A DNA stretch of 64,000 nt from Octopus vulgaris. Its lineage: Eukaryota. The number at the start of each line of letters is the position of its first letter. Position 1 is the stretch's first letter. The stretch is taken from assembly GCA_951406725.2 (NCBI GenBank), contig OX597823.1, positions 112,902,001-112,966,000 on the forward strand. Direction: 5' to 3'. A program made the position numbers and the translations under genes. Positions 26,233-40,422 of this stretch are shown one piece after another. The notes under the pieces were generated by a model. The model made no database searches. It was not told the DNA's origin and worked only from the letters and a program-made list of their open reading frames with translations.

Positions 26233-26361
26233 CCGCCGAGCTCGACTTTGTCTTTCATTCTTTCGGAGTGAATAAATTAAGTACCAGTTACGTAATGGAG
26301 TCGATCTAATCGACTGGCCTCCTCCCCTAAAATTTCGAGCGTTTTGCCTAGAGTAGAAAAG
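26233..26361 (+). mobile_element. 5'-truncated SINE A, tail type 2
   Basis: Core plus GCCTAGAGTAGAAAA; TSD GATATTTGT(C/T)GTTATTT at 26216-26232 and 26362-26378. Confidence 0.85.
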
Positions 26362-27699
26362 GATATTTGTTGTTATTTATTTGACCCTAGTCAAAGGTAT
26401 GAACGATAGCAGTTCAGGCGTGTCTATCCAATTATTTTGTTATATCAAGGCTTTATCAATCTAAGGCAGTTCTATATTTTATGAGTCAATGTGTTATTTG
26501 AGGAAAGTTTGGCTGCTTTTTCTTGTAGGTCGAACGACATTCTGTTTAGCTTTCAGATAAACAGCAATGAACTATGTCATCTACACAGTGCCAACTGTGC
26601 GTAATTGATATCTACTGTAAGGTTTGTGGGGCCCAGAATAAAAATTACTTTCATTGAAAAGATAAGAACTCTCAACCTCTGTAACAAATTTCCAGGTTCG
26701 TCGACCACCTAGCCATGCTTGTACTTTCTCAGACGTCCATTTTTTCTACAAAATTTTAATTAGATTTGTTCCGAAATAAAAATATATTTGAACATTCTGA
26801 TCACGGATCTGCATACCACCATAATTTATTGGTTTGTTATTTATTTGATGTTTTCTGATTTTCAGTTTTTATCTGTTTCTAATCTATAGACAGGAGACAA
26901 TTCTATTGATGCAGTTGTCTTTGATAACATCATTCCTCCATGTTCCGTTTCCATAGCTTCATGACAAGGCAATGTCCTTAGCTGCGTCTCCAACAGCGAT
27001 GACGTCATTCAGGTAAACTTTGGTGCGTAGGTTTCCAGTTTTTGGTTGCTTAGTAGCTTTTGTGTATGTCTTTGAAGAATGAGAAACGAAGGTATAATGT
27101 GGGAAATGTATGTGAATGTTAATGTGTGTGCATGATATATATGTGCATGTGGGTATGTATGTTCGTATGTATGTATCAAAGTCTGACTATGCGAGTGTTT
27201 ATATTTACTTCTTTGACGAACTAAGCATGAAAGCATAAACACACGTACTTAGGTATAGGTGCTTTATGCGTGGTTAGTTAACATCATCCCAGCACACGCA
27301 TATATAAGAGCATGCATGCATGAATACACTTACATACACACATATATCTTAAGGTAACAGTTGTAAGTTATATTAAAAAATAATATATATTTTACTTAGT
27401 TTAAACATTGATATGGAATTCAATAGGCTGGGTAGAATGGAAATAAATGTTTATTATACGAAAAAAAAAGATTGCCTACTCAGAGTTTCGCTCTGAGTTA
27501 GGCTAACCAACATACGCAGACATACACACACGTACACATCCACGTACACATCCACACAGTTATATAAATACATTTCTTACATATATACGTATGCCCCTAC
27601 TGAATAGAAAGTAATCAACAGAGAAGTTAATAAAGTGAAAGTGTTTTATTTAATAAAATTAGCATTTTCATGTTTGTGCTGTTTTCATATCATTTTCAG

Positions 27700-28010
27700 A
27701 ATATCTTGTTAGAATGAAGCAAAGATGTATGTATGTTAACTGAATCAAAAGCTTTCGTTAAATCAACAAAGACTTGATAAAAAGGCACATGCTGTTCGGT
27801 TCGTTTCTCTTGTATATCTGAAAGCATAGAATATTTTGTTGATTGTTCCTCTAGCTGATCTTAAATCAACTTGTGATTCGAGAATGGCAGTAGGACGGAT
27901 ATTTTCTATCAGCCTATTCAAAAAAAAAAAAAATGTCTAGCAAGCACATGACAGGATTGTTCCAACGATGTTTCTTGTGTAGTATTCAGTTAACACGTGT
28001 GCTTATATTT
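27700..28010 (-). pseudogene. RTE-like LINE reverse transcriptase remnant
   Basis: NRLIENIRPTAILESQVDLRSARGTINKIF...QVFVDLTKAFDSVN corresponds to LPESQCGFR..RGT.D.IF / FVDLTKAFD. Confidence 0.8.
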
Positions 28011-28869
28011 ATCCCAACATAATTTTCTGCAGATATTTTAGCAACAACATCATAACAATGGGAAAGAAAGCTTCGAAGATACTTTTGGGTAGTTGTGGGT
28101 AGAGTGCGTTATATGCTTCACAGTAGACATTTACGCTTGCATCTTGGGAGTTTTAGGGTGTAAGTATCTCGTTTATTCCTTAAATATTTCATAGTTCTCT
28201 CCCGCTTCACGGACGGAAAAACTATAACCTTCGTGAAGTAATGGTCAAATATCCTCTCCCTCAAGTTTACAAGAACTATTTGTGCATCGCTTTACATGAG
28301 AATTTTCCTACCGAACTGCAGGATGCAATTCATTTCTCTTTATGGTCCATTGGCTGAGGTGCCGTTGTTTAGCAGATGTTATCTTAGTGATATTATTCAG
28401 CCATGAAGACTATCTGCACGGATCTTAAGATTTTTCTCCACTTTTTCGTTTGGAATAGTCTGTTAACACCATGATCGTACGCTTTTTAATGTCCATGAAG
28501 CAGATATGTATGTATTATACATACATACATACAGATAAACACACGCACACTCGTACACATCCGTACACACTCGTACACACTCGTACATATGCACGCACTA
28601 GTACACACACATTTATAGGTACCTATGACAGAACAAAATTTAAAAGTACATTGAAATTACGTTATAACTAAATATAAAATGTAGATAAAGCCGTTTCGTA
28701 TAAGAACACAGGACACAATTACCAATGAGCAAATGAATGAGATTGACAAAAAAAATATCGTTGAATAAATGAGTTGCAATATGCAAGTTGAATTGTACAA
28801 ATGAAACCTCTAAAAAAAAACTAGGAAAATAAAGATATTACATTATATGTAATAAATACACACACACCC

Positions 28870-28900
<31 letters not shown>

Positions 28901-28932
28901 ATTGTTTAATACAAATAATGTAATGTAATGTA

Positions 28933-28991
<59 letters not shown>

Positions 28992-29201
28992 ATGTGTGTT
29001 CAAAGGAGACATTGATGTAATAGCATCAAAGTCAAGATGTACTTTCGGAGACACCGATTGAATATCCCCTGGGGAGATATGTATGGATCTTATTATACAG
29101 GTAAATCATTATCTAATTTAATTAGATTTAAATTTAAATTTAAATCCTGTATTATACGTAGAACTATATGTATCGAAACATTTGTAGCGCTCCTTTTGAC
29201 T

Positions 29202-29298
<97 letters not shown>

Positions 29299-29430
29299 TT
29301 AATAATAATAATAATAATAATAATGATAATAAGGGTGAAAAATAGAATATTAATTTGATTAATATCAATTTAAAACCAGTTGTCAAACATATAGAAAAAT
29401 CTGAAGATTCAAAAAAATTATTTTACATAC

Positions 29431-30031
29431 ATGTAAGATGGATCACCACTAAGTGGACATCCACTATGCTAGAAGTCGTCCCCCTATGGTCTTACCACTA
29501 AGAAAGGAAAGTTCTAAAGATAATTTAGCAAACGCCAGAATGTAAGCGAGCAAGACAAATGGAAAGATACAAAATATACAGTTTAATCACAAACTCTTAT
29601 TATTTTAAATTTAAATTCAAATAACTATGTTCTCAAACCGGCAAAATTCACTGCAGTGAATTATTTTCTGCAGAATTATTTCCGGTATGTTGGTGCGCCA
29701 AAACGAAGACTTTTGAAATATAACCCCAACTGTAACTGGTAGAACTATATACATATTCAATCTCATGCGGACGTCTTGTGTATATTTCTGCATGTTATAT
29801 GTTGCTATGACGGACACACTGACGAGTTGCCGACATCTACGTATGTGCTTACGTAAATGGTAACAAAGAAACCGGGTTTGTGATTAATCTGTATATTTTG
29901 TAACTTTTCATTTGTATTGCTCGCTCACGTTCTGGCGTTTGCTAAATTATCTTGAGAACATTCCTTTCTAAGTAGTAAGACCATAGCGGGTCGACTTCTA
30001 GCATAATGGATGCCCACTTAGTGGTAATCCC

Positions 30032-30040
<9 letters not shown>
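29431..30040. repeat. ~165-bp inverted repeat (foldback) with ~280-bp spacer, ending in (TA)n
   Basis: 29431-29594 is the diverged reverse complement of 29876-30040. Confidence 0.9.
29815..29882 (+). ncRNA. Degenerate minimal type I hammerhead-like motif
   Basis: CACA-CUGACGA-GUUGCC..GGUAAC-(AAA insertion)-GAAA-CCGG-GUU^UGUG; stems I and II pair. Confidence 0.5.
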
Positions 30041-30093
<53 letters not shown>

Positions 30094-30133
30094 AAACACA
30101 CACATATATGTACATACACACACCTACATTTAA

Positions 30134-30215
<82 letters not shown>

Positions 30216-30659
30216 CTAATTATTGAGTTTCACATGTACACAGATCCTTATATACAATTACATTAATAACAGCTACTGTTTTAACTGATATCCAATTTTT
30301 CAGACTGCCAATTCAGAAAATTATAATGTTGATAATTATCATTCAACCATCCTACCATCCAGTTATGAACGTCTACACAAGCAATTATTGACAAAACCTT
30401 GTGGATCCATTTCTTTCTACATCAGGTTATTCACATCAGACTATTGTTATTCTTACATCAATACATTTGTAGCCGAGTGATTGTTTGATATTTCTTCTTC
30501 CATTCGCATACAAAATGTATCGCAATTTCTCACTAAACTAACTAGACAGGATATTGGAAATGTAAACGGTTCAATGTATAATATAGACTTATATATAAGC
30601 ATACAAGCACTGGCGTGTCTCTCTCTCGCTATATATATATATGGAGAGAGAGAGAGAGA

Positions 30660-30798
30660 GATAGTTAGATAGATAGATAGATAGGTAGATAAATGGGTAG
30701 ATGGATAAATGCATAGATAGATAGATAGACAGACAAACAAACAGACAGATAGATAGATAACTAGATAGGTAGATAGAAAGATAAATAGATAGATAGAC

Positions 30799-30843
<45 letters not shown>

Positions 30844-30857
30844 CACAGACAGAGAGG

Positions 30858-30893
<36 letters not shown>

Positions 30894-30901
30894 GAGATAG
30901 G

Positions 30902-30933
<32 letters not shown>

Positions 30934-31014
30934 CAGACAGGCAGACAGACAGATAGGTAGATAGATAGATAGATAGAGAGATAGGTAGATAGATAGATAG
31001 ATAGATAGATAGAC

Positions 31015-31088
<74 letters not shown>

Positions 31089-31097
31089 ATAGATAGA
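30660..31097. repeat. Compound (GATA)n/(GACA)n microsatellite
   Basis: Read directly. Confidence 0.97.
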
Positions 31098-31474
31098 ATA
31101 ATACGACGTACATAAATACATAACCACATTCCGATTTTAAAACGAACTATTTTTATAACAATAACCAGAGCAGAGATAATGGGTGACACACCTACTTACA
31201 GTTTACACTTTTGAAATTCCATTGTGAAACCGGTCAAGTGTCTTCCCCTTTTTAAAAATATAATTGAATTCTAATTAATACTAATTTTTGTCTGTGCATT
31301 ATCCACTTCATTTCTATTACTTTTCTTGTTTCGATTAATAACAATTTTTTTTATATATGTGTGCGTGTGTTTGTGCGTGAGTGTATGTGTGTGTATAAAT
31401 ATGATGGACTTTCTCGTGAAAGACTCTTTCTAAAAAATCGATATTGCTTGAACAAGTATTGAAATGATCGCAGA

Positions 31475-31885
<411 letters not shown>

Positions 31886-31943
31886 ACACACACACACATA
31901 TGTATATATATATATATGAATATATAATAAATATGACGTACAT

Positions 31944-32026
<83 letters not shown>

Positions 32027-32430
32027 ATGTATATATATATATACATACACATATACATATATAAATACGCATGCACACACATACGCATACTCTCACACAC
32101 ATACACACACACAGTTAACAATAAACCCTTTTCAATGCACACACAGAGCCTATGAGGAAAACGCATGTTATCCATGCGAAGGCTTATCTTTAAAAAATGA
32201 AGGAAGATGCCATTTTTTAATAAGCAAAACCCACAAAGATATTTCATGCACTGTTTTCCGTAGTATTTGAATGGATTTGTCGATAATCGACCAAATCACA
32301 TAATAGCACCCTCAGTAATTAACTGGCTGAAAAATGACAAAAAATTAGGTGTGAGGTCATTTTAAGATCCATTTTAAAGAAAACTATGTCCCAGATATTA
32401 TTTTTGGTGTATATATTTATTAAAACTCAC

Positions 32431-32615
32431 CAGCTAGCTCTTCTTCCAAATTCTATACTCAGGCGCTGCCGGCCCACTTGTCTCGCAACCTCTGCTCACT
32501 TTTGTTACGTCCAAAACTCCAGGCTCGCAATAACCGCTATGAACAGTCTTTACATACCTGAACATAAGCTCTCTGGAATCTTTCCCTGGCTCATATCTTC
32601 TCTGTAGGTGTCGGC
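32431..32615 (-). other. Candidate spliced exon of unknown host transcript
   Basis: Acceptor TATATTGTTGCAG|, donor CTG|GTGAGT, alternative donor CAG|GTATGT at 32558; unique GC-richer sequence; no recognised protein homology. Confidence 0.3.
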
Positions 32616-32689
32616 CTGCAACAATATACACAAAACACTAACCACATCTTGTATTCGTATTTAAGTGTTTCTCCCCCGTTCTCTGTCAC

Positions 32690-32781
<92 letters not shown>

Positions 32782-32886
32782 TGCGCGCACGCACACACAC
32801 ACACACACACACACACAAGACACTCAGTTTCATTAGCAGACTGATTTGTAGAGGCATAAATTGTAAAGTTAAGAACTTAAAATTAC

Positions 32887-32930
<44 letters not shown>

Positions 32931-32932
<2 letters not shown>

Positions 32933-33320
32933 AGGTGGCTAGCAGCAATTTAAAACAAATAAGGAAATAATTCACCGTCACTAATAGTGGCAAGAGCGAA
33001 GTGAATACCAGCATTGCTAGGATAGGAGACGTAGACTTCTTAGCCACGAAAGCACATGGTCTCTTTGTATTGAAAGGAGAGAAAACCCTCACTGTGAGCG
33101 AGATGCCTTAGATTAGCATGCTAATTTCGTATAGGAAATTAATACTCATCAGTAATGCACACTCCATCACAGTTGGGAGAGGCCAAATCACTTTGTCAAT
33201 ATTATGAAGAATGCTATTGGAATCAATGACTGATTTCACAAGATGGCAATGTAAAAAATTATAAAATAATCAAGGTGATTAGTAGCAGTTTAAAACCAAG
33301 GAAATAATTCACCTTCACTA
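32931..33320 (-). mobile_element. Terminally redundant 340-bp-period element carrying a hammerhead (retrozyme- or PLE-pLTR-like)
   Basis: Direct repeats 32931-32983 and 33271-33320; TA repeats on both sides; hammerhead inside. Confidence 0.65.
33091..33173 (-). ncRNA. Type I hammerhead ribozyme with intact catalytic core
   Basis: ACUGUGA-UG-GAG-U-GUGCAUUA CUGAUGA GUAU-uaauuuccu-AUAC GAAA UUAG-caug-CUAA UC^ UAAGGCAU-CUC-GC-UCACAGU; all three stems pair; predicted cut between 33111 and 33110. Confidence 0.85.
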
Positions 33321-33760
33321 TATATATACTGATGCAAAGTATGATCAAGGCCTACTAAATGAAAAAAAAATCTTGCTTCTCATTCGCATCTCCACGCAAG
33401 TTGCAATGGCTTTTGTGAGCACGTGATTTGTACAATTTTTCGCGGGTAGGAAGGAGACAGGACATTTCATCGCAGTATCTTATAATTATATAGAAATCAC
33501 TCAGGTTGCTGTTAAACATTTGTTACTAGTCTGTTCTAAATTCATGGAAATGTTGTTTATAATTCTAAAGTTTTGTTATTAAACTTTTGAAAATGGTGAC
33601 ACTACCTTGATAGGTGACGCGTTGGGGTGATGAATAACCAAGATGAAAGATGGAATGATGGTCGCGATTTGATAAGTTCAGAAATTAAGGTTCGTTTATT
33701 CGTTATTTCATTAAAGCCCGCTGTGTTGGCTGTGCAGATTTAATCATGAGTAGAATGTTG

Positions 33761-33842
<82 letters not shown>

Positions 33843-34039
33843 GTATATTATATATCATGATATCTATTTCAAATAGCTATGATATATTTTATTACAAATA
33901 ATTAAGAAAATAATTATTTAATAAATAATTAGATAATTAAATTAAATTAAGAAAATATGAAGTACGTCATAATAGTAATTTAATAATCTTATATAATTTT
34001 AATTATAAATATCTTGTAAGATACAACTGCACTTGTTTA

Positions 34040-34968
34040 TGGCTGACCAAGATTAACCTACCCAGAGTGCAGCGAATCATCGACGTCTTACTGGGGTTCA
34101 GGCCGGCCACGGTGGGGACTCCACTACATGCAGCGGTAGCATGTTGTCGACCAACAAGACTACAATCCTTTTGTCCACCATTGACTGACGGACACCAGTG
34201 CCAGCAGTTTGGGCAAACGCCTCGCCAATGTTGGGTTAGCGTGCTTTCTTTGCACATGGCTACGATGACTGGCTACTTGCACTGCTATCAGAAGATTGTC
34301 TGTTTCCAACGGGAAGAGTGGGCCTTAATTCTCTCCTGAAACTGGATGGCATGCGCTGGGTGTTTTCTTTTGGGATATGCGGCTTTAAGTTGTAGAGATT
34401 CGCCGCTTGTTCCTAGATGATGACGCACCGGAAGTATAGGCATTTCTCTTATTCCTTGAGATAAGGACAAATTAGTTTTCCATATGGGCCCACGAGTTCT
34501 GAGACTCCTGTAAGCGACCTCTGCCTCACCCACAGCCGTTGCAGACTCCTCAACAGGCCATTTATCCCCAGGACAAACAAAAACGTATTCTTTCATAACG
34601 ATAGGCGATAACTTGATAAGCCAATAACGTACGCTGTTGTTGCTAACACTGTAAGATTGTTTGTAATGTGAAAACGTCGTAAGTGAACACAACTTAAAAG
34701 TGCAGAATTATACAGGGCTGCTCAGCTTGCTGCTGCTGCGTCGACCAGTCACGTCTTGTCATATGTACACGTAATCATCTAATAGCGTGCCTAACGAGCT
34801 CTTCTAGACACGCCCACAACAGACAAGAACAAGCGTATGAATTTTCTCAGCAGAAGCTAATTGGTGCGATAAAGGCTTCAAAGGTTAGTGATAACGCTAA
34901 TCCGCTAAACGAAAAGTTAGCTTCGTTAATTAGCTGTTATCGGATTAGCGGGACCGTACCCACTACTG
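34040..34968 (-). mobile_element. 5' half of a decayed hAT transposon (TIR, subterminal repeats, BED finger, DNA-binding domain)
   Basis: End CAGTAGTGGGTACGG at 34968 with CGCTAA repeats; frameshifted WAHMEN*F...NLYNLK..HI..KHP and VDKRIVVLLVDNMLPLHVVESP...MIRCTLGR. Confidence 0.75.
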
Positions 34969-34989
34969 TGATCCTGTCATTTCTTATAA

Positions 34990-35376
34990 CACACGAACTT
35001 CTCCATTGGACTTTCTATCTACCCTTTACGGATTCTCTTTTGGACATTTACCCTCCGGCTGCAACTCTCCTACCTACGGATCACTGTGGACTCTACTCTT
35101 GATGGAAAATCCTTGCAATACACCACGACGTCAAAAAACCTTTGAACTTTACGTAAAACTGCTATTATTATCATTACTTTATTTTTATACTTTCTCTAAA
35201 CTTTCCTGTATTTTCTTCTCTCCTTGTTTTTTTCTGTGTCCCTTTCTGTAGAAGAGCGTAGACTCGAAACGTAAAAGACTTTTAATTCCTGAGCGTTATA
35301 CTAATACATCTGTTTGTTTTGTACACCACCTGTCTTCATCTTTTGTTTTTTTCGTGAACTCCCCCTTTATATATAT
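34990..35376 (+). mobile_element. PLE-like terminal fragment with variant minimal hammerhead
   Basis: CUUU-CUGUAGA-A-GAG-cguaga-CUC-GAAA-CGUA^AAAG at 35242-35277; T-rich tail ending in TA repeats. Confidence 0.55.
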
Positions 35377-35893
35377 CAACTCGAGCAACCACTTATAGCG
35401 CCTTTGTTGAATCCTATTGACATTCGGTCAGACGTTACTGTTACTTGTCTTCATCATCGTTGTTGTCGCCTTTGTTTCTCTTATTGGTAAAACTTGAACA
35501 TTTCGTTTACTTATTTAGTGCCATCTCATTCAAGACATGTATTTCACATGTTTTAAAAAATGGTCTTGCATTTTATGTTATTCTATTTCGTGAAATAGCT
35601 TTGTTTGATTTGAAGAAAATTGGGTTGCTATTTCTAGCACTGTTAAGAGACGGCATAGATGCTTCTTCACTGTTTTCTTTGTTGTTGCTTTTGTTTTTGT
35701 GGATATTGAGAATGATAGTCAATTAAAGAGTATCAACAATCTAGTTATGTTAATCCCCCTTGAGAAGATTCAAGAGATAGAGGAGAGGAAGGCGAGAAAA
35801 GTAGGGAGAGAAAGGGGACAGACGGGAAGAGAGCGAGAAACAGAGAGAGAGTGAAAGAGTGTAGGAAAGAGAGGGAGAGAATGAGAGAGAGAA

Positions 35894-35930
<37 letters not shown>

Positions 35931-36166
35931 TGTTAACCTTTCCCAAGCTGACCTCTTCACAAAAAGCCGTGATAGGTTATAACAGGTTTTCAAATGTCAA
36001 ACTACTTCTTTCTATTAGCTGCTCTTATCAATATGGAGTAGGGTAGTGAAATACCATTGAGTGCGTGTGTGTAAGTGCGAGTGCAACGCGTATATGCACG
36101 TGAATATACTTATGTACATGCATCTGTGTATGTATGTATGTATGTATGTATGTATCTATCTATCTG

Positions 36167-36197
<31 letters not shown>

Positions 36198-36236
36198 GTC
36201 TAATTATATATCTATATATATGCATATATATATATT

Positions 36237-36274
<38 letters not shown>

Positions 36275-36309
36275 CGCATATGCATATTTATAGTATATAT
36301 GTGCACGTG

Positions 36310-36341
<32 letters not shown>

Positions 36342-36376
36342 TATATTCATATATACATATATACAACGTGATAGCT

Positions 36377-36411
<35 letters not shown>

Positions 36412-36418
36412 GTATGCA

Positions 36419-36477
<59 letters not shown>

Positions 36478-36604
36478 GCATAAATACATACACACAGAGA
36501 GACATATATACATATATATATGAATATAAATACATATATGCTTGTGTTTATACACATATGTAGATATGCATGTGTGTATATATATGTGTATTGGTGTGTG
36601 TATG

Positions 36605-36680
<76 letters not shown>

Positions 36681-37565
36681 CACGCAATCACACATACACA
36701 GATATATTTATAACATACAACCGTATGGTTTTTGTGTGTGCGTTATTGACAAATATAGACTTTTTCTCGCTTCCCAATAGTTTGGACCTCGTATTTCAAC
36801 ATTTCCTTACATTTCCTATATAAATACAAGCTTCGCTGTCAATATTCACGAGGATTTCTTCAAACAACACATTTCAACTGTGTATCCTGGTCTGCTCTCC
36901 CCTATCATCGCTACCCCGGTACGTACCTTGAAACCTATGATTCACTGATAAGAGTAAAAACGATTAGCATAAACCTTCTTCCTTTAAGTCAAATAATTAG
37001 AATAATATTAATTATTGTTTAACTACTTCATTTGTTTTTTTTAAATATTCTTTGCTTTAAACATTGTCTATTTTTTGAAATCTTTAACCCAATCTCTTGA
37101 ACACAATATGTCACAATCATTTCTAAAGGCACACATCACTAAATCATATAACCTTCCGGATGTACTCCTCTGATATATTGCTGTAGAGTCACGTACTCCT
37201 TCAGTCCGTTGCTTTTGATGTATAGTACTCGTGCCACAAATTACTTTCGATACTAGCTTCACGCTCGCTTCAAAAGAAATTGATTATGAATCACAGCAGT
37301 TGGACAATAAGTTATTCGGTTCTCCGCAGGTTTTCTGATATTACCATCACAGGGCTATATTACGGAAAGCGTACAGATCGTGATGTCTTGATTTCAAACC
37401 ACGGTGAGCCCTGCATCTTTATCATTCCGGCTTTATTGACAGATCAATAATAAAATACATATCAACAACACAGTCATACACATAACGCACAGGCACATAC
37501 AAACACACACAGAAATACGCATATGCATACTCACACATACACACGCGCGCGCTCACGAGCAACAC

Positions 37566-38175
<610 letters not shown>

Positions 38176-38930
38176 GTCTCTCTGCCTGATTTTTCTTCCT
38201 TTTTTTGTTTCTTTCTTTTTTCCTGGTCTCTCCTTTTCTCTCTCTCTCTCCCTGTGTACACACACACATACACACACGCACACACATATATATATATATA
38301 TATGTATGTATATCCCTCTCTATAAACATATGTACACATATACATACGTACATACACACATACACACACATACACCCCTCACACATGCACATGTATATGC
38401 ACTTTCACATATATATGTACATACATAAAGGAATTCTCGCATTACACAAGATTTATCAATTTATACTATGACTAAAGTAAGATATCTCGTAGCTAGCATT
38501 ACAAACGTAAAGCGGAGTATTACGTTACAACGCAGTTTATCTATAGAGAAAATTGTATCGATAGTATTTCAAAATTTTTGTAGCTTTAAATCACCAAAGA
38601 CATTATAGATATATTATAATAACTTCAGATATCTACTTTTAGTTGACTATAATTTGAAGGTATAGAAAATTTCATCAAACTTTTACGAATGCAATTTTAG
38701 AAATTTGTTTCTTTTTTACCGATTATTGCAAAACTCGAACAGGTTAAAATTTATGGTGATATGTATTACATACACGTACACACAGGTACACACTCCCGAA
38801 GAGAGAGAAAATCAAACAGAAACTCACACACACACACGTGTATGTATACGTCACATATATATGTATATAAATACATTTTTCATACGCATATATACATACA
38901 TATACATACTCGCAGAAACCTAAATACATA

Positions 38931-39329
38931 AGGCGGCAATCTGGCAGAAACGTTAACACGCCGGGCGAAATGCTCACCGGTATGTCGATTGCCGTTACGT
39001 TCTGAGTTCAAATTCCGCCGAGGTCGACTTTGCCTTCCATCCTTTCGAGGTCGATAAATTAAGTACCAGTTACGCACTGGGGACAATGTAATCGACTTAA
39101 TCCGTTTGTCTGTCCTTGTTTGTCCTCTCTGTGTTTAACCCTTGTGGGTAGTAAAGAAATAGGTATTTCGTCTGCCGTTACGTTCTGAGGTCGACTTTGC
39201 TTTTCATGCTTTCAGGATCGATAAATTAAGTACCAGTTACGCACTGGGGTCAGTATAATCGATTTAATCCCTTTGTCTGTCTTAGTTTGTCCCCTCTATG
39301 TTTAGCCCCTTGTAAGCAATAAAGAAATA
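38931..39329 (+). mobile_element. Dimeric SINE A with a single 17-bp TSD
   Basis: TSD AGAAA(C/T)CTAAATACATA at 38914-38930 and 39330-39346; junction 39161/39162. Confidence 0.92.
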
Positions 39330-39366
39330 AGAAATCTAAATACATATTTTCATACATGTATATGCG

Positions 39367-39412
<46 letters not shown>

Positions 39413-40376
39413 TATGCATATGAAACAAAGAAGTGCTTCTGTCTCTCGAAAACTCCGGGAATTCAGAAAATATTACGGAAGAAATGGCGTAGTTATCATT
39501 ACAAAACGAAAATAATCAAAATCATAACATAGTACCAAATAATATTGAAATTAGAAAAACTTAATAATTTCTACTAAATTTACTTTTAAATTAATTCGAA
39601 TTCTGTGAAAGCGAAATAACCATATCTGGCATTTTGGTCATTAGGCAAGTGTAGCTCATATTAATAGCTAAGGATGCAAAATAGAATCCTATAATAAAAC
39701 TATTCTACGCGAGATATTTGTTGTAATATAATGGTAATCCAAAAAATGCTAAGTTAGCGAATATTTGTTTTGAATGTGAATTTACAGGTTTGAATGCGCA
39801 AGAACAACACCATCCCGAATAGCGAACTGATGTAAGGTTTGTACGTTCAATATGAATGTCACCTGTGTGCAGTAATCTAACTAGAAGAACCTGCAATATT
39901 ATTAACCAATATAAATATAGAACGGGAGAACGTAGGAAACATAATGGATAAATATTTACACCAAATTTGATGCCTTAGGAATAGGGAGAACTTCTCTTAC
40001 TGCACACGAGAATTGACTACAAACGTCTGACACAAGAGATGAAAGCCGAGGGAAATTAATAAATAGAAAAAAGATTAACTAGAAGCCCTTAATCAGATGA
40101 AATACAATAAAATGGATATCATTGTTGAAGAGACTAAATACTAAATATATTTCACTTGCAGATCAAACATGTGGCCATACATATAACGATGAGCTCTTAC
40201 ACTCCATATGTCCAACAGGAATACCTATTTGGTACTGGATTCTTCTTTGAACATCATTATCAATTTAGGTTCTATAACGGAATTTAACAACTCGTTTTCC
40301 ATTCCTTCGAACTAAGCACCAATGATTAACATGTCTTTGCAAAATGCTATGCATACATACATACATACGTATATGC

Positions 40377-40422
<46 letters not shown>

